IMG/VR virus record: IMGVR_UViG_3300037067_005096
Location: 48,084 to 112,083 of that record
Length of the DNA: 64,000 nucleotides
Reading direction: 5' to 3' (one strand)
Source: a virus
Taxonomy: Duplodnaviria; Caudoviricetes
In this document: in pieces, positions 19,713 through 29,294 of the stretch
How positions within the stretch are numbered: position 1 is the stretch's first letter
Layout: each line of letters starts with the position of its first letter
Notes under the pieces: generated by a model
The model's input: only the letters and a program-made list of their open reading frames with translations
Databases searched by the model: none
What the model was told of the DNA's origin: nothing
Made by a program: the position numbers and the translations under genes

Positions 19713-20292
19713 AGCGAAACCCCACTATTTCAGAGGTGTCACATACGGTCTCTGCCCCATCCAAGTAAAACTGATGTGCTAAAATGCGGTCGAGTTGTGC
19801 TCGATAAATCGGGTTGGGGCAACAAACCAGTATGATTCCACCCCGTCGAATTGCATACTTAGCTAACTGTATACCACCCACAACAGCATCCTCGTTGAAC
19901 GAAGATAAGATGGTCACTGGTGATTGAACAACAATGAGGTTGGCACTACGTTTGTCTATGAGCTTGTCTGCCTGGTGTAGTGGTGATACTATGGGGATTA
20001 CTCGATTGGCAACCTTGAAATGTCGGAGAGATTCGAGGAGCATCATAATACTGCCCTCTTTGTATGGATTCTCCGACAAAGGGTTGGTGATATGTGAATC
20101 CACGGCAAGAATAGCTGCGTCTCCACGTTTCACGGTCTGCAGGGCCAATGCCATCACCACTGTTGACCGACCACTGCCACAATTCAAATCGAGAATTACA
20201 CCGTTAGACGGTATCTCTGTGGCAAATTTAGCCAACAACTCGCAGGCGTTCCCAGATAATGTACCTTGAGTCCAACTCAGCACGTTGTTCAT
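19705..20292 (-). CDS. Class I SAM methyltransferase-like protein (degenerate)
   Basis: ILDLNCGSGRST, LAVDSH. Confidence 0.65.
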   Translation of the reverse strand: MNNVLSWTQGTLSGNACELLAKFATEIPSNGVILDLNCGSGRSTVVMALALQTVKRGDAAILAVDSHITNPLSENPYKEGSIMMLLESLRHFKVANRVIPIVSPLHQADKLIDKRSANLIVVQSPVTILSSFNEDAVVGGIQLAKYAIRRGGIILVCCPNPIYRAQLDRILAHQFYLDGAETVCDTSEIVGFRYE

Positions 20293-20328
20293 ATCTCTAT
20301 TCTACCTCATACAGCAGCAAAACGCAAG

Positions 20329-22398
20329 CTAATCTTCTTCGAGAGAAGCCGTCTTCCGTGAAACTTCAGGAGAGGGCATATCGGCTTCTGTTCGCCCTTT
20401 GGGTGTGTAGCTTTTGTCAATCCTTGCCTTTTGCCCACGACTATCCAGACTATCCGTTATTCTGATACCGGGCAAAGCACCAACAATACGTCGTCCATAG
20501 GACTTGTTAGTTGCCCTACTATCTAGGAATGCAAACAATCCGGTGTCTGTGGTAGTACGAATGAGACGCCCAAAACTCTGCCGTACATCAAATAGCATCG
20601 TTGGCATAGACAGCATATTGAAGCTATCGCCTCCGGCATCGTCTATCAGGTCACACTTCGCCTTGAACATCGGGTCAGTCGGAACCTGAAATGGTGCTTT
20701 AGTAAGCACGACGCACGACAAGGCTTCTCCTGGTATGTCCACACCAGTGAAGAATGACCTTGTAGCAAACAAGCAGCTTTCAACGTCAGCTTTGAACATC
20801 TCAATCAATACTGCTTTCGATGCTTGTCCTTGTAAGAAGCACCGATGAGGTACTCGCGTAGAGACATACTCGTGACAGTAGCGCATGTGCGAGTTATTGG
20901 TAAACAGCACCAATGCCCGGCCCCGGCTGTGTATCAAGACTTGTCCGATTTCTTCTGCCAGGCATTTCAAGTATGATGACTCTCGATTATCTGGTAGATG
21001 TGTTGGGAAGTACCCAGTCACATTGTCCTCGAAATTGAATGGGCTGGCTCCTACGAACTCTAAGACCCCATCAGGAATGCCCAATTCCCGGCGCATAAAG
21101 CCGAAAGAGGGGCCTATACGCATTGTGGCGGACATGAACACGGTTGTGGGAATTGTGTCGTACACAAGCGATTTCATAAGCGGAGCCACATTGATAGGCT
21201 TCAAGTTGAGAATCCCATGCTGTTCCCGCCGAGAAGAGTACCCAGTCTCCAAAAAGACCAGCCAGTTATCTTTGTAGGCTTCATCTAGGTTATCACCATA
21301 CACTCCATTCAGGCCGGATACGAGCTTTGATAGCTTCTCTTTACAAGCTCGAATGACAACCGTTTGAGGATGGGCTTCTTCCTTGACTATGTAGTCGGAA
21401 AGCTCCTTGCTCAATCTTCGGAGTTCGCCAACCATCACCTGGGAATGCTCTTTCGATTCCTCTACAATGGCCGGAGGAATTTGTTTAAGCGCAATGCTTT
21501 GACCCAGCACCGGCTGAAATGGTGCGAATATCCTATCCTCTATCTCTCGATACCGGCCAAGATAGCCTTTTGTGAAGTGGTTGATTCCGACCTTATCCAG
21601 CATCCGGTTAATGAGCTTGATTGTGCTGGAAACTGTTCTGGGTTTCAGCGTTGTGCCCCATGTGTCTTGAGCCTTTGACGCAAACACGTGAGCCTCATCT
21701 ACTATCAACACATCGTAGTGACCGAGAATAGAGCCTGCTTCTGACGCCACATCAAGAAGCACCAGAGTATGATTGGCAACGATTATCTGAGATGCCAGGA
21801 ATCGGCATGCCGCAGCATATACAAAGCAGTCACTAAACCCTTTTCGTCCACCACCATAGAATGGACAGGCACTCCGTTCACAATCCTCATCCGCACAAAC
21901 CTGTTTCCACTCTGCAATGTCGAACTCAAACGGGACAGAGGCCATGTCACCTGTATTGACCTTAATCTGTTGTGCCTTAGCCCATTCCATCATACGAGGT
22001 GTGCCAGCAAACTCATCTTCATCCAACTTGGTGCGACATACATAGTTGGTTCTTCCCTTTGCTACGGCATAGCTGAACTCTATCTTAGCAGCCGCACATG
22101 CCATTTGCAGCAGGGGAAGGTCTTTGAGGATATACTGGTCTTGCAGAGTCAGCGTCTCAGTTGAGATAACGACTCGTTTTCCTTCCAGAGCAGCAAGAAT
22201 AGCTGGAACCAGTACAGAAAATGACTTGCCGAAACCCGTAGGAGCCTCAGCAATGACATCCGTTTTATCGGCTATCGCCTGCATTATCAGGTCACTGAAC
22301 TCTGATTGTCCCGCACGTGGTGTGAAATCTGGCTTCACACGAGCTATCAATCCATCCGGGGCAAAGAAGTCTTTGACCGTATATGTTGCCTCACTCAT
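20329..22398 (-). CDS. DinG/YoaA-family helicase
   Basis: EAPTGFGKS, KGRTNYVC Fe-S cysteines, DEAH, SAT, QSFGRLIR. Confidence 0.93.
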   Translation of the reverse strand: MSEATYTVKDFFAPDGLIARVKPDFTPRAGQSEFSDLIMQAIADKTDVIAEAPTGFGKSFSVLVPAILAALEGKRVVISTETLTLQDQYILKDLPLLQMACAAAKIEFSYAVAKGRTNYVCRTKLDEDEFAGTPRMMEWAKAQQIKVNTGDMASVPFEFDIAEWKQVCADEDCERSACPFYGGGRKGFSDCFVYAAACRFLASQIIVANHTLVLLDVASEAGSILGHYDVLIVDEAHVFASKAQDTWGTTLKPRTVSSTIKLINRMLDKVGINHFTKGYLGRYREIEDRIFAPFQPVLGQSIALKQIPPAIVEESKEHSQVMVGELRRLSKELSDYIVKEEAHPQTVVIRACKEKLSKLVSGLNGVYGDNLDEAYKDNWLVFLETGYSSRREQHGILNLKPINVAPLMKSLVYDTIPTTVFMSATMRIGPSFGFMRRELGIPDGVLEFVGASPFNFEDNVTGYFPTHLPDNRESSYLKCLAEEIGQVLIHSRGRALVLFTNNSHMRYCHEYVSTRVPHRCFLQGQASKAVLIEMFKADVESCLFATRSFFTGVDIPGEALSCVVLTKAPFQVPTDPMFKAKCDLIDDAGGDSFNMLSMPTMLFDVRQSFGRLIRTTTDTGLFAFLDSRATNKSYGRRIVGALPGIRITDSLDSRGQKARIDKSYTPKGRTEADMPSPEVSRKTASLEED

Positions 22399-22404
22399 AC
22401 TGGT

Positions 22405-22449
22405 AGTATACCACCTTTCTACAGTGCTGTCACCTGGTAATACTACCAG
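22405..22449 (-). promoter_or_regulatory. Promoter with CTGGTA-N4-TACCAG palindrome abutting -35
   Basis: CTGGTAGTATTACCAG-GTGACA-17-TATACT, 6 nt before DinG ATG. Confidence 0.75.
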
Positions 22450-22452
22450 GGA

Positions 22453-22896
22453 TTACCGATACCGTCGAATAGACGTTCTATAGATTCTCGGACGCTGGTC
22501 ACCTGAGTTCTCTGGCTCCGTCTCGATGTCAAAGAAATAGTCGGTATCAGTATCCGTTAGCTTGCTGACCATAATGCCCTGACGTACAGCCTCGTACAAG
22601 AACATCAACTCTCGAAAGCGGAGGTAGATGATAGTTACGTCGTCACGAGTCAGTATCAAGCGGTTCTCATCCATAACGGAAGACATGACCGTGCCGATGA
22701 TTTCGTATGTATCCTGGTCTACCCCGTCAAACGAGAAAATGTGCTCCTCTTTATCCGGTATAGCATCGAACTCGAACTGTAGTTGCGAAGGAGTCAACGC
22801 AAGTAGGGCATCATATACCCGCTTTTGAAGTGCCGGATAATGCTGGCGTATGGACTTGAACGGGTAGTTTTTGAGTTCACCTTGATACTTAATCAT
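22453..22896 (-). CDS. Hypothetical protein
   Basis: ORF with GAGGTG RBS directly after thyX. Confidence 0.65.
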   Translation of the reverse strand: MIKYQGELKNYPFKSIRQHYPALQKRVYDALLALTPSQLQFEFDAIPDKEEHIFSFDGVDQDTYEIIGTVMSSVMDENRLILTRDDVTIIYLRFRELMFLYEAVRQGIMVSKLTDTDTDYFFDIETEPENSGDQRPRIYRTSIRRYR

Positions 22897-23526
22897 CTAA
22901 CTCACCTCGATGTCGTCAAAGACTACTGGAATCAGGTCTGTTACCTCCTTATGTAATTGTACCATGAGTGCCCGCATGTCAGGATGGGCTGTAAGAGGCG
23001 TTCGGAGCTTGAAGATATGTCTCCACTCCGTAAAGTTGGTCGATACCACTATCTCGGTCTTGAGACACGTAGGCAGCACAGACCGAGCATCACCAGGTTT
23101 GAGTCCCTTTGACAAGAAGAACTCATAGTGGGCCTGGTCTTCTTCCATTGCCTGTATCCACCGCTGCCAAACCTCAGAATCAGGATGAGTTCTGATATTT
23201 CCCGGAGGAACTACTTTGATACCACGCCCTCCGTAGTTACACCAGCGTGTGCTCTCTTGAGCAAATGACGCAATTCTATGTCTAACCAACTCGTGTGTGA
23301 TACCACGGTCAGTAACAAACTCCACCTGTAGATGGCTATGTTCAATCATAGCCGTATGCCCTCTACTTCTGAGCATCTTGATGAAATCGAACTTCGAGTC
23401 TTCGGTTATTTTGCCCTCAGACTTGTAGCATTTCCGTCCAATATACTCCAGACGAGATAGCATCCTATCCACATCTTCCGATGTCTCAGGAAAGAGTATT
23501 TGGTATGACGGTCTGATTATTTCCAC
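22897..23526 (-). CDS. thyX: Flavin-dependent thymidylate synthase
   Basis: ELVRHRIASFAQESTR (RHRx7S), GHTAMIEH, AHPDMR. Confidence 0.95.
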   Translation of the reverse strand: MEIIRPSYQILFPETSEDVDRMLSRLEYIGRKCYKSEGKITEDSKFDFIKMLRSRGHTAMIEHSHLQVEFVTDRGITHELVRHRIASFAQESTRWCNYGGRGIKVVPPGNIRTHPDSEVWQRWIQAMEEDQAHYEFFLSKGLKPGDARSVLPTCLKTEIVVSTNFTEWRHIFKLRTPLTAHPDMRALMVQLHKEVTDLIPVVFDDIEVS

Positions 23527-23610
23527 AATGGTCTCCTCTCTAAAGTGGTGGGAGGCTTCTTGACAGGCGAAAGAAGCCTCCCATTGGCCGGGGCTGTGCG
23601 GGAGTAAACC

Positions 23611-24231
23611 CTACTTAATCGTGAACGTCTCTTCTCCACCCGGATAGAAGAAGAGTCCGGTCTTGTCCTGTTTGTCAACAGTGAGCTTGGCCCGGAGAGC
23701 CGCTGGTATGGCACTCTTGAGCACCGATGTAGTCGTCTTAATAGCTTCTGCCAGCTTGTTCTTCTTGCAGAAAGCAACGGCTTTGTCGTTGTCAACGATG
23801 TCAACTCTGGCTCTCGTCGTACCAAAACTAAGCTCCAAGAATGAGACTTTGAGAGTCTTAGTTTTCTTGCCGTCCAGAGCCTTCTTAGCATAGTCACGCA
23901 TCATAGGAGTATAGAACTCGTCAAGATACTTGACAAATCGCTCTAAGTGCCTAATCTGCGGGTCGAATTGCTTGTCGAGCTTAGCCGACCATTCGGCTTT
24001 CTCAGTGCGTAGTCCCTGGAGTTTGGCATTTGCCTTCATACGCCGCATACCGACCCAATCAATGATGTCGATTATGTCCAGGTCTTCGTCTGGGGCATCC
24101 TCGATACCAAGTATTTCGCCGGTTTCGGTATTGATGGTAGCTAAGGTGAAGTCGTCTGTTATCAGTACAACTTCTGGTGATGTTTCTTCCCCCTCACCGT
24201 CTACCACAATGTCTTCATTATCAGTAGTCAT
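23611..24231 (-). CDS. Mu Gam-like host-nuclease inhibitor
   Basis: Coiled coil followed by KKTKTLKV..LSF and C-terminal ETFTIK. Confidence 0.65.
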   Translation of the reverse strand: MTTDNEDIVVDGEGEETSPEVVLITDDFTLATINTETGEILGIEDAPDEDLDIIDIIDWVGMRRMKANAKLQGLRTEKAEWSAKLDKQFDPQIRHLERFVKYLDEFYTPMMRDYAKKALDGKKTKTLKVSFLELSFGTTRARVDIVDNDKAVAFCKKNKLAEAIKTTTSVLKSAIPAALRAKLTVDKQDKTGLFFYPGGEETFTIK

Positions 24232-24250
24232 TAGATATTGTTCCCTCCTT

Positions 24251-24802
24251 TCACTTAGCTTGTGAGCCTAGTAGCACAGCAACCAGTCCCTCTAAGTAGT
24301 CTATACCATCATCCAATGTGGGCAGAATCCGAGTGGATGCTGACCGGACAAATGGATGACGGATTACATACGGATTGTCTGCAACTACCACAAGTAGCTT
24401 TCTGTTGGCATAGCTGATGCCAAGTTCAGAGAGTGTGCCAATGTGAGGGTAGCCGCCCGCCATAGTGCCTTTGTGAACTTCATTACCAACCGGCGTTGTT
24501 ACGTTCAGTTGGTATTCCACTGTTTTGTCTGTCAGTGGAATCAGATTCATGAAGATGATGTCTGACCGCACTATACTCGCAAAGTCGTGGTGAAGCACCG
24601 AGTTTGGTTCAGGATGAAACTGTCCAAACAGCTTTGGCTCACAACCCGCTGTGACAATCTTACCATCCATTGGGTTACGAATCAGCACATCAGAACCGTA
24701 CTGTTCCATCCGTTGGGTGACAACGGTGCGCCAGGTTCGGTCATAATCTTCCTCTTCCGGCGTAACACGCATTGCTCCCGCCAAATATATGCCTACTTGC
24801 AT
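24251..24802 (-). CDS. Nucleoside 2-deoxyribosyltransferase-like protein
   Basis: IYLAGAM..WR, RSDIIF, GTLSELG. Confidence 0.75.
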   Translation of the reverse strand: MQVGIYLAGAMRVTPEEEDYDRTWRTVVTQRMEQYGSDVLIRNPMDGKIVTAGCEPKLFGQFHPEPNSVLHHDFASIVRSDIIFMNLIPLTDKTVEYQLNVTTPVGNEVHKGTMAGGYPHIGTLSELGISYANRKLLVVVADNPYVIRHPFVRSASTRILPTLDDGIDYLEGLVAVLLGSQAK

Positions 24803-24816
24803 GAAGGTCGCCTCCT

Positions 24817-25407
24817 TTACGTCTGTAGGACTTCCAGGTCTTTTGCTGTCCCCTTGAAGTAGTTGGTGTCCACGTTTCCGGCGATACCAGACATCTTACC
24901 TTTGTCATTGTACTGCCAGAAACCCCAATCAGGCCAGCCTGCTATAGATGGCTCTTTCACACGATAGTGAGCAATCCACAGCATATAGTCGCTGAAATGC
25001 TTCCACAGCCGCACCCGCTTGGCAAACGATGAATACGTGTAGATGATGGGCTTTTGCCCAGTGTGCTGCTCCACGTAGTCCAACCACTTTCGCACTTTCA
25101 GGAGAATCAGCGATTGTGACACTCCTCCAGTCTTCTCTATATCGAGAACTGGGGGCAGCTTTGGCCCTGGAACAGCCATATATACCTCACAGAAGTGCTT
25201 AGCCTGGATGCCAGCATCCTGTGCTGGGTCGAAGAAATGATAGGCTCCAACAGGAATGTTGTTAGCCTGCGCACCCGCCCAGTTGGTTTTGAATGTCGGG
25301 TCAACGTACTTCTCCCCATCTGTAGCTTTGAGGAACGCAAAAGCCGTCTTGACCTTCTTCCAGTTGATTTTCCCTTGCCAATGCGAAACGTCGATACCCT
25401 TAATCAC
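24817..25407 (-). CDS. GH25 muramidase (endolysin candidate)
   Basis: GIDVSHWQG, KATDG, GAYHF, LDIE, LWIAHY, FWQY. Confidence 0.93.
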   Translation of the reverse strand: MIKGIDVSHWQGKINWKKVKTAFAFLKATDGEKYVDPTFKTNWAGAQANNIPVGAYHFFDPAQDAGIQAKHFCEVYMAVPGPKLPPVLDIEKTGGVSQSLILLKVRKWLDYVEQHTGQKPIIYTYSSFAKRVRLWKHFSDYMLWIAHYRVKEPSIAGWPDWGFWQYNDKGKMSGIAGNVDTNYFKGTAKDLEVLQT

Positions 25408-25691
25408 TTTTTTCTCTCCTGTGGTTTCTTCTTATGTCCAATGTGGAAATGCCCACAAAAGGAACATCGGTACGTTGTCATCTTGTCTCCGAATGTCCGT
25501 TCATACCTATCCCTGGCTAAACGAGCCTCCTTTCGGCTCATATACTTTCTCTTGCGTCCACACTCATGAAACCATCGACTGTTCTTATTCGAGGTCGTCG
25601 GTGTTGGTGAGGACGTTGATGGCGTTGTCGATTGGGAATGCGCCGGGGGAAAGGACATCTTTGACTTGTTCTTTGGGAATCCATCCTTCAA
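25404..25691 (-). CDS. Small basic Zn-ribbon protein
   Basis: CGRKRKY...YRCSFCGHFHIG; true start uncertain. Confidence 0.6.
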   Translation of the reverse strand: MKDGFPKNKSKMSFPPAHSQSTTPSTSSPTPTTSNKNSRWFHECGRKRKYMSRKEARLARDRYERTFGDKMTTYRCSFCGHFHIGHKKKPQERKK

Positions 25692-25923
25692 AGTCTGCTC
25701 CTTTCACACTGAGTGACTGCCCATCCGGTGCAACTGCTACAACCTCAGCATTCACTCGCCATCTGGTTCCGGGCACTTCGATGATGACACCACCACCAAC
25801 CTGTACCTCTTTCTGGACTACACCGTCACCCTTTGCTGTATCTATCAGCATTATACTCCACCTCCAGAAGGAACCAGGATAATCTGTGTATCGTCTATAT
25901 GGGCAACATTGAGAACCATGCAC
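25585..25923 (-). CDS. Hypothetical protein (likely start at MLIDT, ~25851)
   Basis: GGAGGTG RBS before the internal ATG. Confidence 0.55.
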   Translation of the reverse strand: MHGSQCCPYRRYTDYPGSFWRWSIMLIDTAKGDGVVQKEVQVGGGVIIEVPGTRWRVNAEVVAVAPDGQSLSVKGADFEGWIPKEQVKDVLSPGAFPIDNAINVLTNTDDLE

Positions 25924-26204
25924 CCATCCTCTTCTTGCTTGTCAGCAGGGAACAAACGAATGAGTTTTCCCTGCTCCACCGGCCCCGTAGAATCGGCATC
26001 GTTAAGACCGAGCCGGATATAGCCCTGGTTGTTGATTGTCTGCTCTATTTCGTCCATCTTGACCGGAATAGTGATGATAACCTCTTGCAACTCCGGGTTC
26101 TCCAACTCTGCTGTTGCCAAACGTACCACCTCTTTCAGAGCATCCATATCACGCTCCAAGTAGTACTTCTGCATTTGAGCAGCGATGTCGTTAAACAGTT
26201 TCAT
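25851..26204 (-). CDS. Hypothetical protein
   Basis: Overlapping operon ORF. Confidence 0.65.
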   Translation of the reverse strand: MKLFNDIAAQMQKYYLERDMDALKEVVRLATAELENPELQEVIITIPVKMDEIEQTINNQGYIRLGLNDADSTGPVEQGKLIRLFPADKQEEDGCMVLNVAHIDDTQIILVPSGGGV

Positions 26205-26499
26205 TTGGGGCCTCTCCTAGTGTTTTCAATTGTGCCAACAGCGCAGCCGGGAAAACCATTCGTGGTTTGGCTTTGTGCTGTGTCCAAGCCGTATGTAGTT
26301 CAGTGTCCATGAGTTCATCGAGTATAACATCCGGCTCGTCCATGCCTAGAATGAGAAGAACCCGCCCTTCAATAACTTCAGAATCTTCCCACCCTGGAGC
26401 CGTTAACAACAACTCTTCGGTAGGAGTTCCGAGGTCTTGTGTGAGTGTTACGTGCTTCTCACCTTCTGCATTCTTTTGGACGATGACACGAGCTATCAT
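26191..26499 (-). CDS. Hypothetical protein
   Basis: ATGA overlap with the HD gene. Confidence 0.65.
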   Translation of the reverse strand: MIARVIVQKNAEGEKHVTLTQDLGTPTEELLLTAPGWEDSEVIEGRVLLILGMDEPDVILDELMDTELHTAWTQHKAKPRMVFPAALLAQLKTLGEAPNETV

Positions 26500-27203
26500 A
26501 CTCGTAAGTCCTCAACAGAGCGGGTCTCTCGAATGTCGATGTCAACCGTGCCCTGTTCAGCGGTAGCTTCAGCCTCTTCAATTTCTGCAGTCAAATATGG
26601 CCGCAATGAATCTGAAAGACTGAAGAGTGCGCTAACATCTTCGACACCGTGGTTGATGCTGATATGCTTCAACAGTGTGATGTAGTCCTCGACCTTGCCC
26701 TTTATCAGCACGGGATACTTGGACATATCGTAGACTAGCGGAGGAGCATACTGAGTTCCCCGCAGCTTCGGAAATAGCTGATGGAATTCAATTGCTGCAG
26801 CCTGCTTATCATACCGGGCTACTTTATCCCAGTCAATCGGGCCGAGAGGTTCCTGCGGGACATTGAAGCGTTGGTAGATTACGTCTAAGACGTGTGCTTC
26901 CAACTGTCGGAACTGGTCTGCCATCACAGTATGCTTGAGCGGCCATACCATATCTCCTACATAGGCTTCGGCTGCATCGTGCAGTAAAAGTGCCAATGAG
27001 AATGGTACTTCGGTCTGGCCCTTTACGTCCTGTACGTAAAGCATGTATGCCAAGCCCGTATGTGATAGAACATCCCACGGCACGGGGGAATGACCCCCGA
27101 AACGGTTTATGTGATGCAAAGCCCAAGCAATATCATAAGCCCGAATATCTTCAGGTCGGATAGCTTCGACTTTGACCACTAAGTCATTGGCCGTGTTGAG
27201 CAT
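26496..27203 (-). CDS. HD-domain phosphohydrolase (YfbR/YfdR-like 5'-deoxynucleotidase)
   Basis: DIAWALHHINRFGGH, LLHDAAEAYVGD..WPLK; start at MLNTAND with GGAGG RBS. Confidence 0.85.
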   Translation of the reverse strand: MLNTANDLVVKVEAIRPEDIRAYDIAWALHHINRFGGHSPVPWDVLSHTGLAYMLYVQDVKGQTEVPFSLALLLHDAAEAYVGDMVWPLKHTVMADQFRQLEAHVLDVIYQRFNVPQEPLGPIDWDKVARYDKQAAAIEFHQLFPKLRGTQYAPPLVYDMSKYPVLIKGKVEDYITLLKHISINHGVEDVSALFSLSDSLRPYLTAEIEEAEATAEQGTVDIDIRETRSVEDLRV

Positions 27204-27204
27204 C

Positions 27205-27639
27205 TTATTGCCTCCCTGTGCTACCAAACCGACCTTCTCCACGTTCTGAGTCGGGTAGGGATTCGGTTTGGGTAAATGTTGCTTGAGCATAAGGACTAAC
27301 GATGAACTGTGCAACCTTATCGCCCTTGCGAACTGCAAACGTCTGATTCCCGTGGTTGATGAGGATAACGAAGATTTCTCCCCGGTAACCATTATCAATC
27401 GTGCCAGGGCTGTTCAACACATGAACTCCGTGCTTTGCAGCCAAGCCCGATTTTGACCTCACCTGCCCTTCGTATCCTTGTGGCAAGCACACCTTTACAC
27501 CAGTCTTGACCGGGTAGTAATCACCAGGTCTGATGTCTACATCTTCACTGGCATACAGGTCTGCTCCCGAATCGGTCGAGTGGGCATATTGAGGTAGTTT
27601 GGCTTCTGGGTCGAGCTTCGCAAATACAATCATACTCAT
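27205..27639 (-). CDS. dut: dUTPase (trimeric)
   Basis: GADL, RSKSGLA, GTIDNGYRGEI, AQ, RGEGRFGSTG. Confidence 0.96.
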   Translation of the reverse strand: MSMIVFAKLDPEAKLPQYAHSTDSGADLYASEDVDIRPGDYYPVKTGVKVCLPQGYEGQVRSKSGLAAKHGVHVLNSPGTIDNGYRGEIFVILINHGNQTFAVRKGDKVAQFIVSPYAQATFTQTESLPDSERGEGRFGSTGRQ

Positions 27640-27642
27640 CTT

Positions 27643-27801
27643 CTACTGGGTAGCCCGCTGAGCGGTATCTTCACCCTCAGTCGTGACTTCGACGCTTTGG
27701 ACGCTTCCTGCAACTGACCGGCGAAAGTCTTCAGCATCTTTCTGATTATCAAAAGACTTGACTTCTTCGCCATTAACGGTAACTACATACTTCTGCGCCA
27801 T
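27643..27801 (-). CDS. Small hypothetical protein (52 aa)
   Basis: Read manually: AAGGAGG RBS, MAQKYVVTVNGEEVKSFDNQKDAEDF... Confidence 0.65.
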   Translation of the reverse strand: MAQKYVVTVNGEEVKSFDNQKDAEDFRRSVAGSVQSVEVTTEGEDTAQRATQ

Positions 27802-27836
27802 TCGTCTTTGCCTCCTTGTTAGTCATTCATTCAAAT

Positions 27837-28182
27837 TGGTGGAGGTGAGGGGAATCGAACCCCTGTCCTAAGAGTCAATCAAATAGGCTTCTACGGACGT
27901 AGCTGCTTGTCTTCTTCCCCTGATTCAGCTAAAGCAGCAACCCAGTGTTCAGGTATGTCAACCACTCGAAGAACACACAATGCCGCTTCTATGCGGCCAA
28001 TAGAAGCTCCCGCTCTTCAACAACTTCCTCAACCGGGAGCAGTCCGTCAATCTGACGGATTATCGTAGCACTGACTTTTTCACTGTTCGCTTTTCTTGTT
28101 TGGTCGATGATTTAAGAGGCCAACGACCGTCCTCTGTCCGCTACCTATTCACTTGTCCCCTCAGTCGAAACCTTTCACCCCC
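27837..28182 (-). ncRNA. ssrA: tmRNA
   Basis: 5' GGGGGTGAAAGGTTTCGAC, 3' GGGGTTCGATTCCCCTCACCTCCACCA, G3:U70-type pair, pk1, tag ORF 28090-27989 ending LLAA-stop inside a hairpin. Confidence 0.95.
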
Positions 28183-28274
28183 AAGATTGTTTGTGTGCCA
28201 GCCGGGTAAACTGGCACACACTGCCAATAAACGCGAACACAGCTTACGCACCCGCTGCGTCTTTTCACATCCTC

Positions 28275-28320
28275 AGTATACCATAGGTGATGGAGCTTCG
28301 CAACCTGGTAATTCTACTGG
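28275..28320 (-). promoter_or_regulatory. tmRNA promoter with palindrome
   Basis: CCAGTAGAATTACCAG-G-TTGCGA-17-TATACT. Confidence 0.75.
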
Positions 28321-29294
28321 TTTTCTCCACCGACTATGATACGAGTCCCATGATAATCAAACACGAATGGAAGCTCTTGCAAACCAAGTGATTGTCGAAC
28401 AGCTTTCTGCTTCTCCAAAGGACACGAAACCAGGAAGAAACCTCCTCCACCCGCTCCTGTTATTTTACCACCTCTGGCTCCCGATTGCATGGCTTTCTCG
28501 TACAATTCGTCTATCTTGTGTGTGCTGATTCCAGAAGCTAATTGTTTCTTCATCTCCCAGTTTGTCTGTAACGCACAACCAACAGTCTCCGGGACATGCT
28601 GAATAGCATCACGATAAGCCAAGCCCCGTGCCTGGTCTCGCATTTGTCGGAGCACATCCATTTTCTGGATAGTGTTTTCTGCTTGCCGGTTCAATATAGT
28701 GCTGGCTTGACGAGTGATTCCGGTAAAGAACAGCATCAGTTCTGATTCTAGGCCAGAAAGCTGATTATCGGAGACATTCAAAGCGTGTACTTCCACCTTG
28801 TTGCTGGGAAAGAACCAAATGAACTTGACTCCGCCAACAGCACATCCATACTGGTCTTGCTTGCCCATACGCTTACCAAGAATCTCCATTTCAACATCAC
28901 AGGCTTCTGCAGCCAAGTCTAGTTGAGAGAGAAACTTACCCTGGTAGGCGTAGAACGCATTGAGCAATCCAACGGTCAAAGCACTGGATGACCCCAAACC
29001 TGACCCTTCAGCCGGAATATCTGCCATAGTACAGACTTCTATCCCCGACTCGATTCCAGTTTTCCGTAAACATTCTCGCATGATGTCATGTTCGAGGTCA
29101 TCCACAGAATCGACTATCTCTGTGCGAGAGTAGCTAATACGAATCTTATCATCGAATCGGGGCTTTGCAACCACATATACGTATTTGTTGACGGCTGCCG
29201 ATAGAACACACCCAAGCTCTCTTGTATAGAACTCTGGTAAGTCTGTCCCTCCGCCAACAAAACTGATTCTGAGTGGTGTCCGGCTAACTATCAT
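28314..29294 (-). CDS. hddA: GHMP kinase, D-glycero-alpha-D-manno-heptose-7-phosphate kinase type
   Basis: TPLRISFVGGGTD, GSGLGSSS, GKQDQY, KITGAGGGGF. Confidence 0.88.
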   Translation of the reverse strand: MIVSRTPLRISFVGGGTDLPEFYTRELGCVLSAAVNKYVYVVAKPRFDDKIRISYSRTEIVDSVDDLEHDIMRECLRKTGIESGIEVCTMADIPAEGSGLGSSSALTVGLLNAFYAYQGKFLSQLDLAAEACDVEMEILGKRMGKQDQYGCAVGGVKFIWFFPSNKVEVHALNVSDNQLSGLESELMLFFTGITRQASTILNRQAENTIQKMDVLRQMRDQARGLAYRDAIQHVPETVGCALQTNWEMKKQLASGISTHKIDELYEKAMQSGARGGKITGAGGGGFFLVSCPLEKQKAVRQSLGLQELPFVFDYHGTRIIVGGENQ

